Source: Hyaloraphidium curvatum SAG 235-1
Taxonomy: Eukaryota; Fungi; Monoblepharomycota
Direction of reading: 5' to 3'
DNA: 64,000 bases
NCBI GenBank assembly: GCA_025558095.1
Contig: JAIVFI010000002.1
Location: 310,001 to 374,000, forward strand
Numbering within the stretch: the stretch's first letter is position 1; each line of letters starts with the position of its first letter. Under the pieces are notes generated by a model, which saw only the letters and a program-made list of their open reading frames with translations, was not told the origin of the DNA and ran no database searches. The translations under genes were made by a program, and so were the position numbers. Positions 1 to 10,125 of the stretch are shown in pieces.

Positions 1-2490
1 CCCGCGGTGGAAGGGGAGCCGGGAGACGAGGTCGGGGTGGAAGCCCCCGGTTGCGAACAGGAGCGTGATCCCGCGAACCTTCGAGATCGGGAGCACGGAG
101 TCGAAGGAGATCCAGGGGACGAGGTTGGTGACCGTGCCGTTTCGGGTTGCGAGGGTGAGATTGGCACCGGGGAGCGGGCGCAGCGCGTCGGTCGGCTCCG
201 ATACCTCCAGCCTCGGCTTGGCCACGGCGATGTCCGGGAGCCACGTCTCGACCCTGGGCCCCGCCCCCGGCTTCCTCGCCACCAGCCCATTCAGCACGTC
301 CGCGGGCGGCGCCGTGGAATTGCACCCCGCCAGCCGCCCCCCGTGGTCCCCGCACAGCGCCCAGACGAGCTCTTCCACGCCCTCCCTGATCCCCGTGGAC
401 AGGTCCCCAGGCACCAGCACGTGGTGGTAACGCAGCCGGCCCAGATGCGCCAGCTGTATATAATACCACCCCTGTGACGCGTGTCCCGCCGGCACCATCT
501 CCGCCAGCGTGCTGCCGGGCTGCATTGCCAGGGCATTGGTGAACGCCGAGCTATGCGGCCCGACGGCGGCGCCGACAGAGGCCCACTTGAAGAGGGCTTC
601 GGGGAGGGGTTCGGAGCCGGTGAAGAGGACCGCCTCGAGGCCGCGGGAGGCGAGCTCGCGGAGGAGGTGCGCGCGGTCGTGTGGGTTTTGCCCGCGCGCG
701 GTGGCGTTGGACCTGTCGACAACGAGCACGCGGCGGGTGCAGTCTTCGCGATCGGCGGCGGTAAATGCTTCGGGAGCGATGCTGCGCATGGCGGAGCGAA
801 GAGCGAGGAGCTGCAAAGGGTGCGTGCGTGGGCCGGGAATGTGGTTGTCGATCGCGTGGGCGATGCGTGCGGCCACGCGGCCCGTGACGAGCCTGTCTTG
901 GATACCCAGCCAGCGGAGCCACTCCTTGACGAACCCGGGAGCATCGTCCGAGGTCCATCTGCGGTGAAAGTGCGGGGCCACGTGGACCACGGCCCGCGGG
1001 TGATCGGCGAGGTACCCGCGCAGCGGTGCCGTCCTCCCGATAAAGTCCGTCGAGAACCAGTAGTAGTTGTCCGCTGCCGGTACCACGAGAAACACCTCGT
1101 CGAAGACCGGCAGCCGCGGGGCCTGGCCTCCCGTTGTCCGGTTGCGGTCCCAGTCCATGACGGCGGCGTGCTGTTCCGAGAGGTCGACCCCCTCGACCGG
1201 CATCACCAGCTGGGTGACGTAGAACACAGAGCCGCGGCCAGGATCAGCGTACGGCACTTCAGTGAGGTTCTTGCCGGCGTAGACAGGCCAGTAGTGCTCG
1301 TGTCGGACGAGCGGCGACCGCTGGCGGAGCGCCGTGGCGGCGTCGGGGCCGCCGAGGCTGTTCTCGATATGCTGTGCCATGCGCTGCGCGCGGAGCTTGG
1401 CGGTCGCGGGGGGCTCGGGCTCGTAGAGGTCCTCCAGGAGCTGCTCGTACGCCCGCGCGGGATCCGACGGCATTGGGCGATCGCCCCCGTTCCGCGCCCG
1501 TTCCCGCTGGAGCGCGGGCCCAACAGCCTGCATCAGCCCGTTCGGCGAGACCACGACGTTGTACGCCGTCAGCACGCCGGGCAGGTTGCGCGGCTGCCCC
1601 GCAAACAGCGCCGTTCGGATCCCCGCGGCGTCCCCCGCGCCCGCGGCGGCCGCGAGCTCCCTCCCGTGCTCGTGCAGGATGAGCACCGTGGGATCGGTCG
1701 CGGGCACAGGGACCTGCCGCAGGATGGCGTCGCGGGTGGGGCCGGGGTGGTGCAGCCGCGCAGTGCCTGGCGGGAGGGGGTGCTTGGTGTCCATCAGGGC
1801 GGCGAGGTTGGCCGTCAGGTGGGCGACCACGGCGTCGTAGGGCATCGGGACGCCGCAGGGGAGCTCGGTGGCGTTCGGTGCGGCAAATCCAGGGACGCCG
1901 AGGACGCCGGCGAGGGTGTCATCCACGTCGGCACCGCACCGCCGCCTCAAAGAGAGCACGCCCCCGCTGCCCTCAAAAGGCCAGTCTGACGGTGGTGTCC
2001 GTCCGGCATAAGGGCCGCAGAGCGCGGCTGCGATGCCGGCGACGCCGGCGTCGCCCGAAACGTGATGAGGATCCCCATTGTGATCCCCTGTCACCCAGGC
2101 AGCCGCCGCCTCTGCCTTGCACACCGCCTCGACCGACACATCCGCATCAAATACCGTCGAGAACGCCAGGGGCACCTGCGAGAGCAGCAGCCCGTGCGCA
2201 GCCCGGACTTTGGCATCTCCCAGCAGCCCGCCTGCAAACAGCCGCACGCCCTCCCGCAGCGGGAACGTCGAGGCACTTCCGCACTCCCAGCCTGCCGCAA
2301 TTTGGAGACGCGTCCACGCGCTGAGGGGAAGCAGCCGTGTGGCATCCCCGCGCCCCGCGCAGGGGTCCGCCTCCCTCTCCGGCGGCGCCGGTGCGGAGAC
2401 CCCACCGCTCGGCGTCCGCGGCGACACAAACGCGGCCGCAAGGAGTGCCGCGACCAGCACCCGCACCACCCTTCGCCGGTTGAGCCGCAT
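1..2490 (-). CDS. GT61-like glycosyltransferase/hydrolase fusion, paralogue of 19856-23671; runs off the window edge
   Basis: Hand translation from ATG 2490 gives MRLNRRRVVRVLVAALLAAAF...EREADPCA..., collinear with the 1271-aa ORF. The + strand antisense ORFs (7-477, 481-1989, 2062-2580) share one register, suggesting an intact frame. Its absence from the ORF track fits having no stop inside the window. Confidence 0.8.
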   Translation of the reverse strand, partial: MRLNRRRVVRVLVAALLAAAFVSPRTPSGGVSAPAPPEREADPCAGRGDATRLLPLSAWTRLQIAAGWECGSASTFPLREGVRLFAGGLLGDAKVRAAHGLLLSQVPLAFSTVFDADVSVEAVCKAEAAAAWVTGDHNGDPHHVSGDAGVAGIAAALCGPYAGRTPPSDWPFEGSGGVLSLRRRCGADVDDTLAGVLGVPGFAAPNATELPCGVPMPYDAVVAHLTANLAALMDTKHPLPPGTARLHHPGPTRDAILRQVPVPATDPTVLILHEHGRELAAAAGAGDAAGIRTALFAGQPRNLPGVLTAYNVVVSPNGLMQAVGPALQRERARNGGDRPMPSDPARAYEQLLEDLYEPEPPATAKLRAQRMAQHIENSLGGPDAATALRQRSPLVRHEHYWPVYAGKNLTEVPYADPGRGSVFYVTQLVMPVEGVDLSEQHAAVMDWDRNRTTGGQAPRLPVFDEVFLVVPAADNYYWFSTDFIGRTAPLRGYLADHPRAVVHVAPHFHRRWTSDDAPGFVKEWLRWLGIQDRLVTGRVAARIAHAIDNHIPGPRTHPLQLLALRSAMRSIAPEAFTAADREDCTRRVLVVDRSNATARGQNPHDRAHLLRELASRGLEAVLFTGSEPLPEALFKWASVGAAVGPHSSAFTNALAMQPGSTLAEMVPAGHASQGWYYIQLAHLGRLRYHHVLVPGDLSTGIREGVEELVWALCGDHGGRLAGCNSTAPPADVLNGLVARKPGAGPRVETWLPDIAVAKPRLEVSEPTDALRPLPGANLTLATRNGTVTNLVPWISFDSVLPISKVRGITLLFATGGFHPDLVSRLPFHRG

Positions 2491-2748
2491 CGCTCGAATC
2501 GCCGGAGTTTATGGACATTAGGGGATCCCTCAGCCGAGTCCCTCTCGGGCGCCGCGCCGACCGACGTACTGACGCGCTGATCTTCGCTGTAGCAGCCACC
2601 AAATCACCTCCTCCTAATGAGCGCCGCTGCGGCTCCGCTTCTTCGTTTTTGCCTTTTTGGCTCCCGCAAAGCCCGTTCCGCCCATTCTCCTAGCATCTTC
2701 TCCTCGGGGCTGATGAACGCCATGTTCAGTTCCCTGATGTGCAGAGAA

Positions 2749-3995
2749 TCATGCAGACCGAAAGAATCTCATTTGCAGGAAGCGAACCGCGAGCGGATCG
2801 GATTGCTCCGCAACCGAGGACGAACTTTTGAGTTCCTTCGAGAATTCCTTCGAGAAACGGGTGATGGAAGGTCCCTGCGAACGTTTGTCGAGCTCCCGCC
2901 ACTGATGCGAACGCTCCAAGCGGCCCTCCAGGACCCAGCGCGCCATGCCGTCGTTGGTGCGAAACGAGTACGACTTGATCTCCAAGGGAAACCGCAACTC
3001 AATGGAAATCAGGATACCTTGAGCGCCACTGCTATAGACGCTCCCACCCTCACGGGACATCGTGCGTTGTAAAGTGTTGGACGCGTCCACGGCTTCGCCC
3101 GCAACTCGAAGAGCGCGCAAATCGAACGATCCCCCAGCATCGGCCTGCTCCTCTCGCTCCAAGCGTCGAAGGCGTTCGAAAGCACCGTCAACGAGCATTT
3201 GCTGAGGCACGTGCGGAAACGACTTGCACAGCTCCAGGACGTGGCACCATCGAAAACTTGACCCAGCTAATGAGTTTAGTCCAATCCGACGTTTTCGTAT
3301 CGCCGGTTGCCCGAGATTTCTCGATGAAGCGCACGATTGCGAACAGACGCTGAAACTCCGAAATCATGCGCAAGTAGTCATGATCGACGAGCTCCGCCAG
3401 GATATCCATGGGAACGGAAGACAAGTCCTCGTTCCAAAGCTTTCGGCCAAACATCTTCGCAGCGAAGGGCGTCACAAGGCTTTTGGCTTCGGGAAAGTCG
3501 GCGAGATCGACAAAGAGTTGCAGCGGAGTCGATCCTTCTTTCTCGGGGTACGCTCATCCACGTTTGTCACGTTTCGCAGTGCACCCAAGCCTTTCAATGT
3601 CCAGCTGCGACGCCATAGCAAAGAGCGCCGCGAAGCTGTTCGCGTCTATGGTGATCTTGCCGCCGTACATCCAGCGCAGGACGAGAGGTGTACAGAGGCC
3701 AGACTCCGCGGGGGTCACGAAAGAGCAAATGAACTTTGTTCTCTGCCGACGCTTTGAACCCGTGGCACTTCGCGAGTGCCGCTCGGAAGAAGCCCGAGTG
3801 AGCGCAGAGCACGATGCTGTGGAGCCGGTGTTCGGTTCCGTTCGCGACGATGACTACCAGGTCCGAACGATCCTCCGAGTCGAGAAAGGGAAGGAACGCG
3901 CCGGAACGAAAGAAGCCGCTCTCGGAAGCCGCCTCATCGAACGCCGTTGCCGCAAGGCCAGGAGTCGTCGCCGGGGTCGACCGGTTTTGTGCCAT
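2749..3995 (-). CDS. BTB/POZ (BACK-like) domain protein, multi-exon; 3' end approximate
   Basis: SDLVVIVANGTEHRLHSIVLCAHSGFFRAAL is a classic BTB start. Later exons include WMYGGKITI and ELVDHDYLRMISEFQ, then a beta-sandwich-like tail (IKSYSFRT..WVLEG..WRELD). Confidence 0.75.
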
Positions 3996-4650
3996 GAGAG
4001 CGTGGAGCTGCGCTGAATTGAACAGGGGTGTGATGAATCAGCGGTCGGCGATCCGCCTAGCCCCCGCGAACAGGTGATCAGAAGCGCTGAGGTAGTCACA
4101 TCCTTCCTTCTATGTCCTTCTATCCTATTGCAGTGTCTTCTTTCCCCCGCAACTGCTCCAATCCCTCCGTGCCATACACGGCGCATTCGTGCCCACGATT
4201 CGGGAACTGGGTCCGCTTGTCGGTTCTCGGAGGCGACGAGCATCCGTCCCCGATGCCCTTCCGCGAACTGAGAACTGCCTGAAGTAAGGATCGAAGGCGC
4301 TCAGCAGGTCCTTCGCTCGCGGTCGGTCCGAAATCGGATTGATCACGCCGGTGTCAGGCGGGCTCGCGGCGGCCAAGGCGGGTGCACGACGACAAAGATC
4401 CGGCGTCACTCTCCGCGGGCAAAACTCTGTAATGGAGATGAGAATTAGAAGCGACACGGGTGCTCAGCAGGTAGCTGGGACAGAAGCCAGCCGCTTATTG
4501 AGCTCAGAACTGCCATTGGGCAACTACACTTCGAAGCAAACATCCACGCCGTTCGAATACCGTCTACATCAGCACCGGCCTTGGCACCAGACAGAGCTTC
4601 CCCGGTCGACCGAACCCGGCTCGCGGGCCGACCATCCCTCCTCCGAACAC

Positions 4651-5318
4651 TCAGAGCTGGAGGGCCTCCGTCGCGGCGTGGTCGGCGACGACGAGTGTGG
4701 GGATCGAGGAGTGCTTCAGGACGTGCTCCGCGTTGGACGGGTGCGAGAAGATGCTGCGGCGGAGGGCGGAGGTCAGGTTGATCCGGTGATCACGGAGCCG
4801 CAAAGGTACCCACCCCTTCTTCTCATCGTATCCGACAATCAGGGCGTCTACGCCGAGGCTAGGAGCCGACTCGGCAATGAACTCGCCGGGGTTGGTGTGG
4901 CTGGTGGTCTTGACGGTGATTTCCACCTTTTTCGGGGCGAACTCCTGGGCGGCGGGGGCGGGCGGGCGCGGAGCCGTTGGCCATCGTGGGGGTGCCGTAC
5001 CGGGAACGTCGAGCCCACCTGCGCCGACTTGACCGTCTTCTTGAACTTGCGCAGGGCGGCCGACTGGATCTTGGCATCCTCCTCCTCCACGCTAAACCCG
5101 ACAAAGCCGGGCGCCGCGCCCTCGACCTCGGTGGGGTCGTTCGTGCAGATGAGCACGAAGAGGGTGTCACCGTCCTTCAGGACGAACTTGAAGGCGTTGT
5201 AGAGGGCGGCGTGTGCGGCCTTGCTGCCGTCGAAGCCGAAGCAGTCTGCGGGGCCGTCCCGTCAGCTCCGGGCCGCAGGGGCGGCAGCGGGGCCGTCGGT
5301 CAACGCACACTTCGTCAT
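4651..5318 (-). CDS. Universal stress protein (USP) family, 4 exons
   Basis: Splicing short GT-AG introns gives MTKYCFGFDGSKAAHAALYNAFKFVLKDGDTLFVL...GEFIAESAPSLGVDALIVG...SNAEHVLKHSSIPTLVV, which carries the USP N- and C-terminal motifs. Confidence 0.85.
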
Positions 5319-7072
5319 TGTGCTGAGGAGGTGGGGAGGGCGGGTGCGGCGGCGACTAGAGTTCGAGCGAGCGAGATGTGAGTCGAGGTTGAGGACGCGG
5401 GGACATGACGCGGTGGCGCCGAAGAAAACCGCTAAGGTGCTTTTCCCTAATCGGGGTCTTTAAGGTGATGGCTCATTCCCTCGACGTTGATCCCCCAGGG
5501 AGAGTAAGGGTGGTACGGTTCCATGCGACATGTAATGTGGAGATAAGCTTGCGAAGTCAGAGCGGATGGAGCAGGGCGGCGGCTAGGTCGATCTGGGTTC
5601 CGCAACGGGTGGACGGCCTTTCAAGTGTATAAGCTGCACCAGAGGCCATCGGAGCAGTATGGATAAGCTCGAATATCCAAAATTGGGCCGTGCACCTTGC
5701 TCTCGAGGAAGTGGGGAGATCGTTGGTGCGGGCGGCGGCGGGGCATGGGGGCGATGGCTGGATGTCTCCCCACCCCGGTGCTCGCGTCCGGCGATGCTTG
5801 GAGTACGGCTCGAACCGCCCGCCGTTACCTTCTGGAATTCTCCGAATCTGCTGTTGCAGAGCTCCGGCGTCCCGACTGGTCTCGTGGCGGGTGTGGCCCG
5901 TCGTCCGCGGCAATGTGCGTGGCAAAGGGTTCCAAAAGGCAGTCCGCCAACCCGCAACGAAATGCCCAAAGCGAGCGTGGCGCGGGGTACGCGTGCCGGC
6001 AAAGCGCGCAAACGGGCGGCACCTGCTTCTTCGGGGCAGAACGTGGCCCCGCCGGCGCTTCGAGGGGCGGCCGCTGGGTCAGTTTCGGGGCGCCGTGGGC
6101 GGGTTCACGGCCCCGGAACTGCGCGAGGCGGAGTGGGCGGCGTTCGAGCTGCTCGATCATCGCCTCTATCTCCGGAACGACAAGAAGTGCGAGCATGCCG
6201 TTGCTGCAGGCGGAGCTCGCCCGGCCGGTGCCCTTCCGCGACCCTGCTACGCAGTGGTCCCGATACCGCCGGGCGTGTGCCTGGACACGATACCCGCAAT
6301 GTTACATTAGTCCATCAGGCCTGATTCGAACCCGAAGTGAATGTTGTTCTTCTGTGGATGTCGTAGTGTCTGCTTCACCGCCGCTTCCGTTGTATTTCTC
6401 AATGCCATGTACGCCTGGAGTGACTAATGTCGCAAATATGTGCCTGGCAATCCATGTACACACACAGCTCTTGCCATGCGGTCTCCGCAACCGCGCTTAC
6501 GCCCCGACGGCCCGAGCCAAACGTGGGGCGCGCGGGCTCGTCAGCATTGCGCAGGGCGCATTGCCTTTAGAGACAATGGTCGGTGAACATTCGCGTCATC
6601 TGCCTGACTGTTCGCCGCCTATGGAGAGCCGTTTTGCTTGCACGGTGGGCAGGAAACGGCGGAATCCGCGGCGGGAAATTTGAGTTTATCCCCAAAGCTT
6701 GTCCTACGGTGGGACCGATCTCTCTGCGCCGTCCGCTCCTCCGTTGCATCTTACACTTCGATGTGCAGCAATGAGCTCCGTGGAATCTTTCCCGAGCAGA
6801 GCTTTGCAGGAGGCCTCGGCGCTTTGCTTCGCTTTGGACGCGAGGTCCCCGATTCGCGGCGCCCCCCGCTTCGCCGCCGAAACCCAAAAGGCGGCCAGCT
6901 TTCTGTGAGCAACAGCGCCCGAGCTGAGCCTATCCTCGCAGGACAGAACTGGCACCTCTGCGTCCCGTGGCAGAGCAGCGCTCGCGCATAGACGACTCCT
7001 CGCTGGCGTGCGACAGCTCGAGCGAACCCCGCGACGTCGGCCGCGTTCCCCCGCCTCGCCGCTCCAGACGGC

Positions 7073-8114
7073 ATGCAGCCGTTCTTCCCGCATCTCCCCG
7101 GTCGGCCGCCCCCCGCTAACCCCGCCGGTGGCCTCCCCTTTTGGCCTGCGTGGCCCGCGCCGCCCGTCGCCGCCGGCAGCCCGGTCTCCCCTCTGGATCC
7201 CGCCAGGGAGACCTCCTTCGGCAGCTCCGGCACTTTGGGGGGCGGGAACGTCACCGCCGCCGCGCCCGCCTCGCCCGCCGCCCCCACGCTCACGTCGTCC
7301 TCCCTGTCCTCAACCGCCTCGGCCCCGCTGCCGCAGCCCCCGCAGGGGTTCGTCGCCCTCCCGTATCGCGACCAGCTCGGCCGGCCTCGCTTCCTGTTCC
7401 GGGCTCGCAAGCCCGCTAGCGCCCCGTTGCGGGACCTCGACGCGGACCTCGACGGCGCCCGCGGGATCCAGTTCCCGGAGCCGTTCGTGCGAATTGTACA
7501 CGAACTACCCCAAGGAGGCAGAGGGCAGGAGGGACGAGTTTAACGGCAAGGAAGGCCAGTGGCGGTACTATGTTTGTCTTCTCCCCGCGACCCAGCGCTC
7601 GGCTGCTGACTCCTGCATTCTCGACCGCACAGAACGACATCAACCGCCGAATGCTTGCCTTTGCCTATCTCAACCCCCACCTGATGCAAGACATGAACAA
7701 GACGGAGCTCAGCGCTCTCGCTCACGCGCATCGCGACATCGAGCTGGGCAAGAAGGGCAAGCGGTCGAAGCGTGCAAAGTCGGCTGGCCTGCCCACGCCC
7801 TCCCCCGGGTGCGAAGCGCCTGGGACCCCTACCGGCAATGAAGAGGTGCAGTCGACTGGGATGAAGAGGAGGGCAAGCGCTGGGGACGTCGATCCGTGGC
7901 GGTCGCGGACCGTGTTGGCGGACGGCGAGCGGCCTTGGTACTTGTCGGGCCAGGTGCAGTGGATCGATGGCAGATTCGTGGTGATCCCGAGTTTGCCGTC
8001 GGGACATTCGGGAACGACTTGCTAGCTGGCTGGATGAAGACGGTGCCATGGCAGTGCCAAGAAGGTTTGATGCGGACGTGGACGAGCTCAACCCTGGCGA
8101 AAATGCTTTCCTAA
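7073..8114 (+). CDS. Hypothetical protein (multi-frame: introns and/or frameshift)
   Basis: Pro/Ser-rich start followed by protein-like segments in successive frames (ELYTNYPKEAEGRRDEF, NDINRRMLAFAYLNPHLM). No family recognised. Confidence 0.4.
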
Positions 8115-8250
8115 TTTACTTGCCGATCCATGATTGAAGGATTTGCCCGCAAAGAGATGTACAGCACGCGACTGACTGTCGAGCAGCAGCCCAAAAAGTC
8201 CAACAAATCCAGAATCCAGTACAGAGCTCCGAAAAGATGCTCATCCGCGC

Positions 8251-9966
8251 TCAAACGTCAACCTGAGTGGCGGCACCACGATCAGCATGCATCTCGACCA
8301 ACGAGTATAGCCTCCCACCCTTCGCAAGCCTCCTGCGCGCCGTCGTCGGCAAGTACAAGTCTGTGGACGAGTCGTCCTCCGCATTTAACTCCGGCTCCTC
8401 TTCGTCGCCATCCTCCCCATCGCCTCCCTCCCTCTCAAACACCAGGTCAAGCTGGCGGTCGTCCACCTCGTCGCCGACGATCCTGCGCCTCCCCAGCGCC
8501 CACGACCCGTGCTTCCCGCCCGCCGACCGCTGCTTGATGGGCACCTCGGCACGCATGTTGCCGGGGATGCTGAGCCTGATGAGCATCGACGGCGCAGGGG
8601 ACGTCGGCCTCGCTCTTTCCCCCGGGCGCTCGATCGATCCTTGCGCGGGCTCCCCTGAGTCGTCCGCGTGCATCCCGCCCGCCCTGGATCGCGTACGACT
8701 CGCTAGGCTCTCCCACGAGGGTGCCGCACGCGCACCGCCGGCCTCGATCTCGGGCTTGATTCCCCCGGAACGGCCTGTGCGCACGCGAACGGGCGCGGGC
8801 GCCTGGAGCTCGAAGCTTTGCCGGGGCGGGGGGAGCGAGCCGAGAGCGGGAATGACGGCGGCGTTGTTGCGCATGCTCGTGGCGGTCCGCCGCGGGGTTG
8901 ACTTGTCGATCGCCGCAGCGGGAGGAGCGGGCTTGGCCGTAGGAGGCCCGCCGGGCTTGCGCTTGGACTGCTCGGGGAGCTTGTCGGAAGCGGGACGGGG
9001 GTTGCGGAGGGTGCCGATGCGCGCGCGATCGGGCTCCGGGGCGGGCCCGACGGCCTTGCGGGGCCGGCCGCGGGGCTTCTTGAAAGACACCGACAGATCG
9101 TGCCCACCAGCTGCGTTCGCATGGTCCTTCCCGCCGCCGCCCGCATGCACCGGCTCGGGGAACGGGAACACTTCCGACTGGCGTTCGCGTTCCGTTGGGC
9201 TCGACGCGACCGGGGTCGGCGTCGGCGCCGCGACGGTCCTCCGCGGGCGAGCAGGGCCGCACTGCTCGGGGACGCGGAACTCTGCATGCGAGGCAACGGG
9301 CTTGTTCTTGGGCGGGCGGCCGGCGCGGCGGCGCTTGGCATGCGTCTCCGGCTCGGTTTCGGCCTGCGACAGGAGACCATCAGGGCGATCAGTGAGTGAG
9401 AGATCAGCGCACGGAGTGCCATCGCCATGCGCCGCGACGCACCTCGAACAACTCGTGAACTTCTTCTGTACTATCGGATGCACCAGCGATGCCAACGAGG
9501 GGCGCAGGCCGCTTCCCCAGCCGAGTGCGGTCATGTGCGGGGGTCGGGCGGGTTGATCGCCGTAAGCCGCGGGCGCCGGCACCACCTCGACGGTCACAGT
9601 GGGGCCGAGCGCGGCCGGGAGCACCGGGGGAGGGGCCTGCTCCTGCTGCTGAGGGGCAGGGACCGCCTGGGTTGCCGGGGCGGGGGGTGCGGGCGGGGGT
9701 GTGGGGGCGACGACCGGTCCATCGGGATACGAGGCGTGCACGGCCTGCAGCACCTCGCTGGCGGCCCTAGAGCCGTCGCGGCTCGCCTGGAACCAGCCCT
9801 GGAAGAACAGCTGGGGCGAGAAGGCTATCTGGTCGGCGATTTGGGCTCCATTGAAGCTTTGGCGCAGGGAGGCGGCGGCGCCCGCGAGCTCGGCGTTGAG
9901 AGGGTCGCGGGCGATGAGAGCGTAGTAGGCCTCCTCGGCCGAGAGATCACGGAAGCGGCGCGGCAT
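8251..9966 (-). CDS. AT-hook-containing, largely disordered nuclear protein
   Basis: RRAGRPPK and KKPRGRPRK AT-hook motifs, a CxxC, and an acidic C-terminal tract. Divergent from the Zn2Cys6 gene. Confidence 0.6.
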   Translation of the reverse strand: MPRRFRDLSAEEAYYALIARDPLNAELAGAAASLRQSFNGAQIADQIAFSPQLFFQGWFQASRDGSRAASEVLQAVHASYPDGPVVAPTPPPAPPAPATQAVPAPQQQEQAPPPVLPAALGPTVTVEVVPAPAAYGDQPARPPHMTALGWGSGLRPSLASLVHPIVQKKFTSCSRCVAAHGDGTPCADLSLTDRPDGLLSQAETEPETHAKRRRAGRPPKNKPVASHAEFRVPEQCGPARPRRTVAAPTPTPVASSPTERERQSEVFPFPEPVHAGGGGKDHANAAGGHDLSVSFKKPRGRPRKAVGPAPEPDRARIGTLRNPRPASDKLPEQSKRKPGGPPTAKPAPPAAAIDKSTPRRTATSMRNNAAVIPALGSLPPPRQSFELQAPAPVRVRTGRSGGIKPEIEAGGARAAPSWESLASRTRSRAGGMHADDSGEPAQGSIERPGERARPTSPAPSMLIRLSIPGNMRAEVPIKQRSAGGKHGSWALGRRRIVGDEVDDRQLDLVFEREGGDGEDGDEEEPELNAEDDSSTDLYLPTTARRRLAKGGRLYSLVEMHADRGAATQVDV

Positions 9967-10125
9967 GGTTGTGGATGTAGTATCGCTAACACCTCGACGT
10001 GGTGCACCCGGCCCGCGTCGCCGAGTCGGAGGCGCGGAAACCCCGTTCACCTAATACCCCCTCTAAACAGCGCCGGGCGCCGGTGGTGCCTGTGGACATA
10101 CATCTCCACCCGATACGCCGCTCCG

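Noticed and set aside
481-1989. 502-aa + strand ORF and similar long antisense ORFs (e.g. 28244-30514, 33420-34769, 48343-49938)
   Set aside because: In-register antisense shadows of real genes, caused by high GC3.
5600-7000. Protein-coding gene
   Set aside because: Overlapping ORFs without recognisable motifs or a consistent exon structure.
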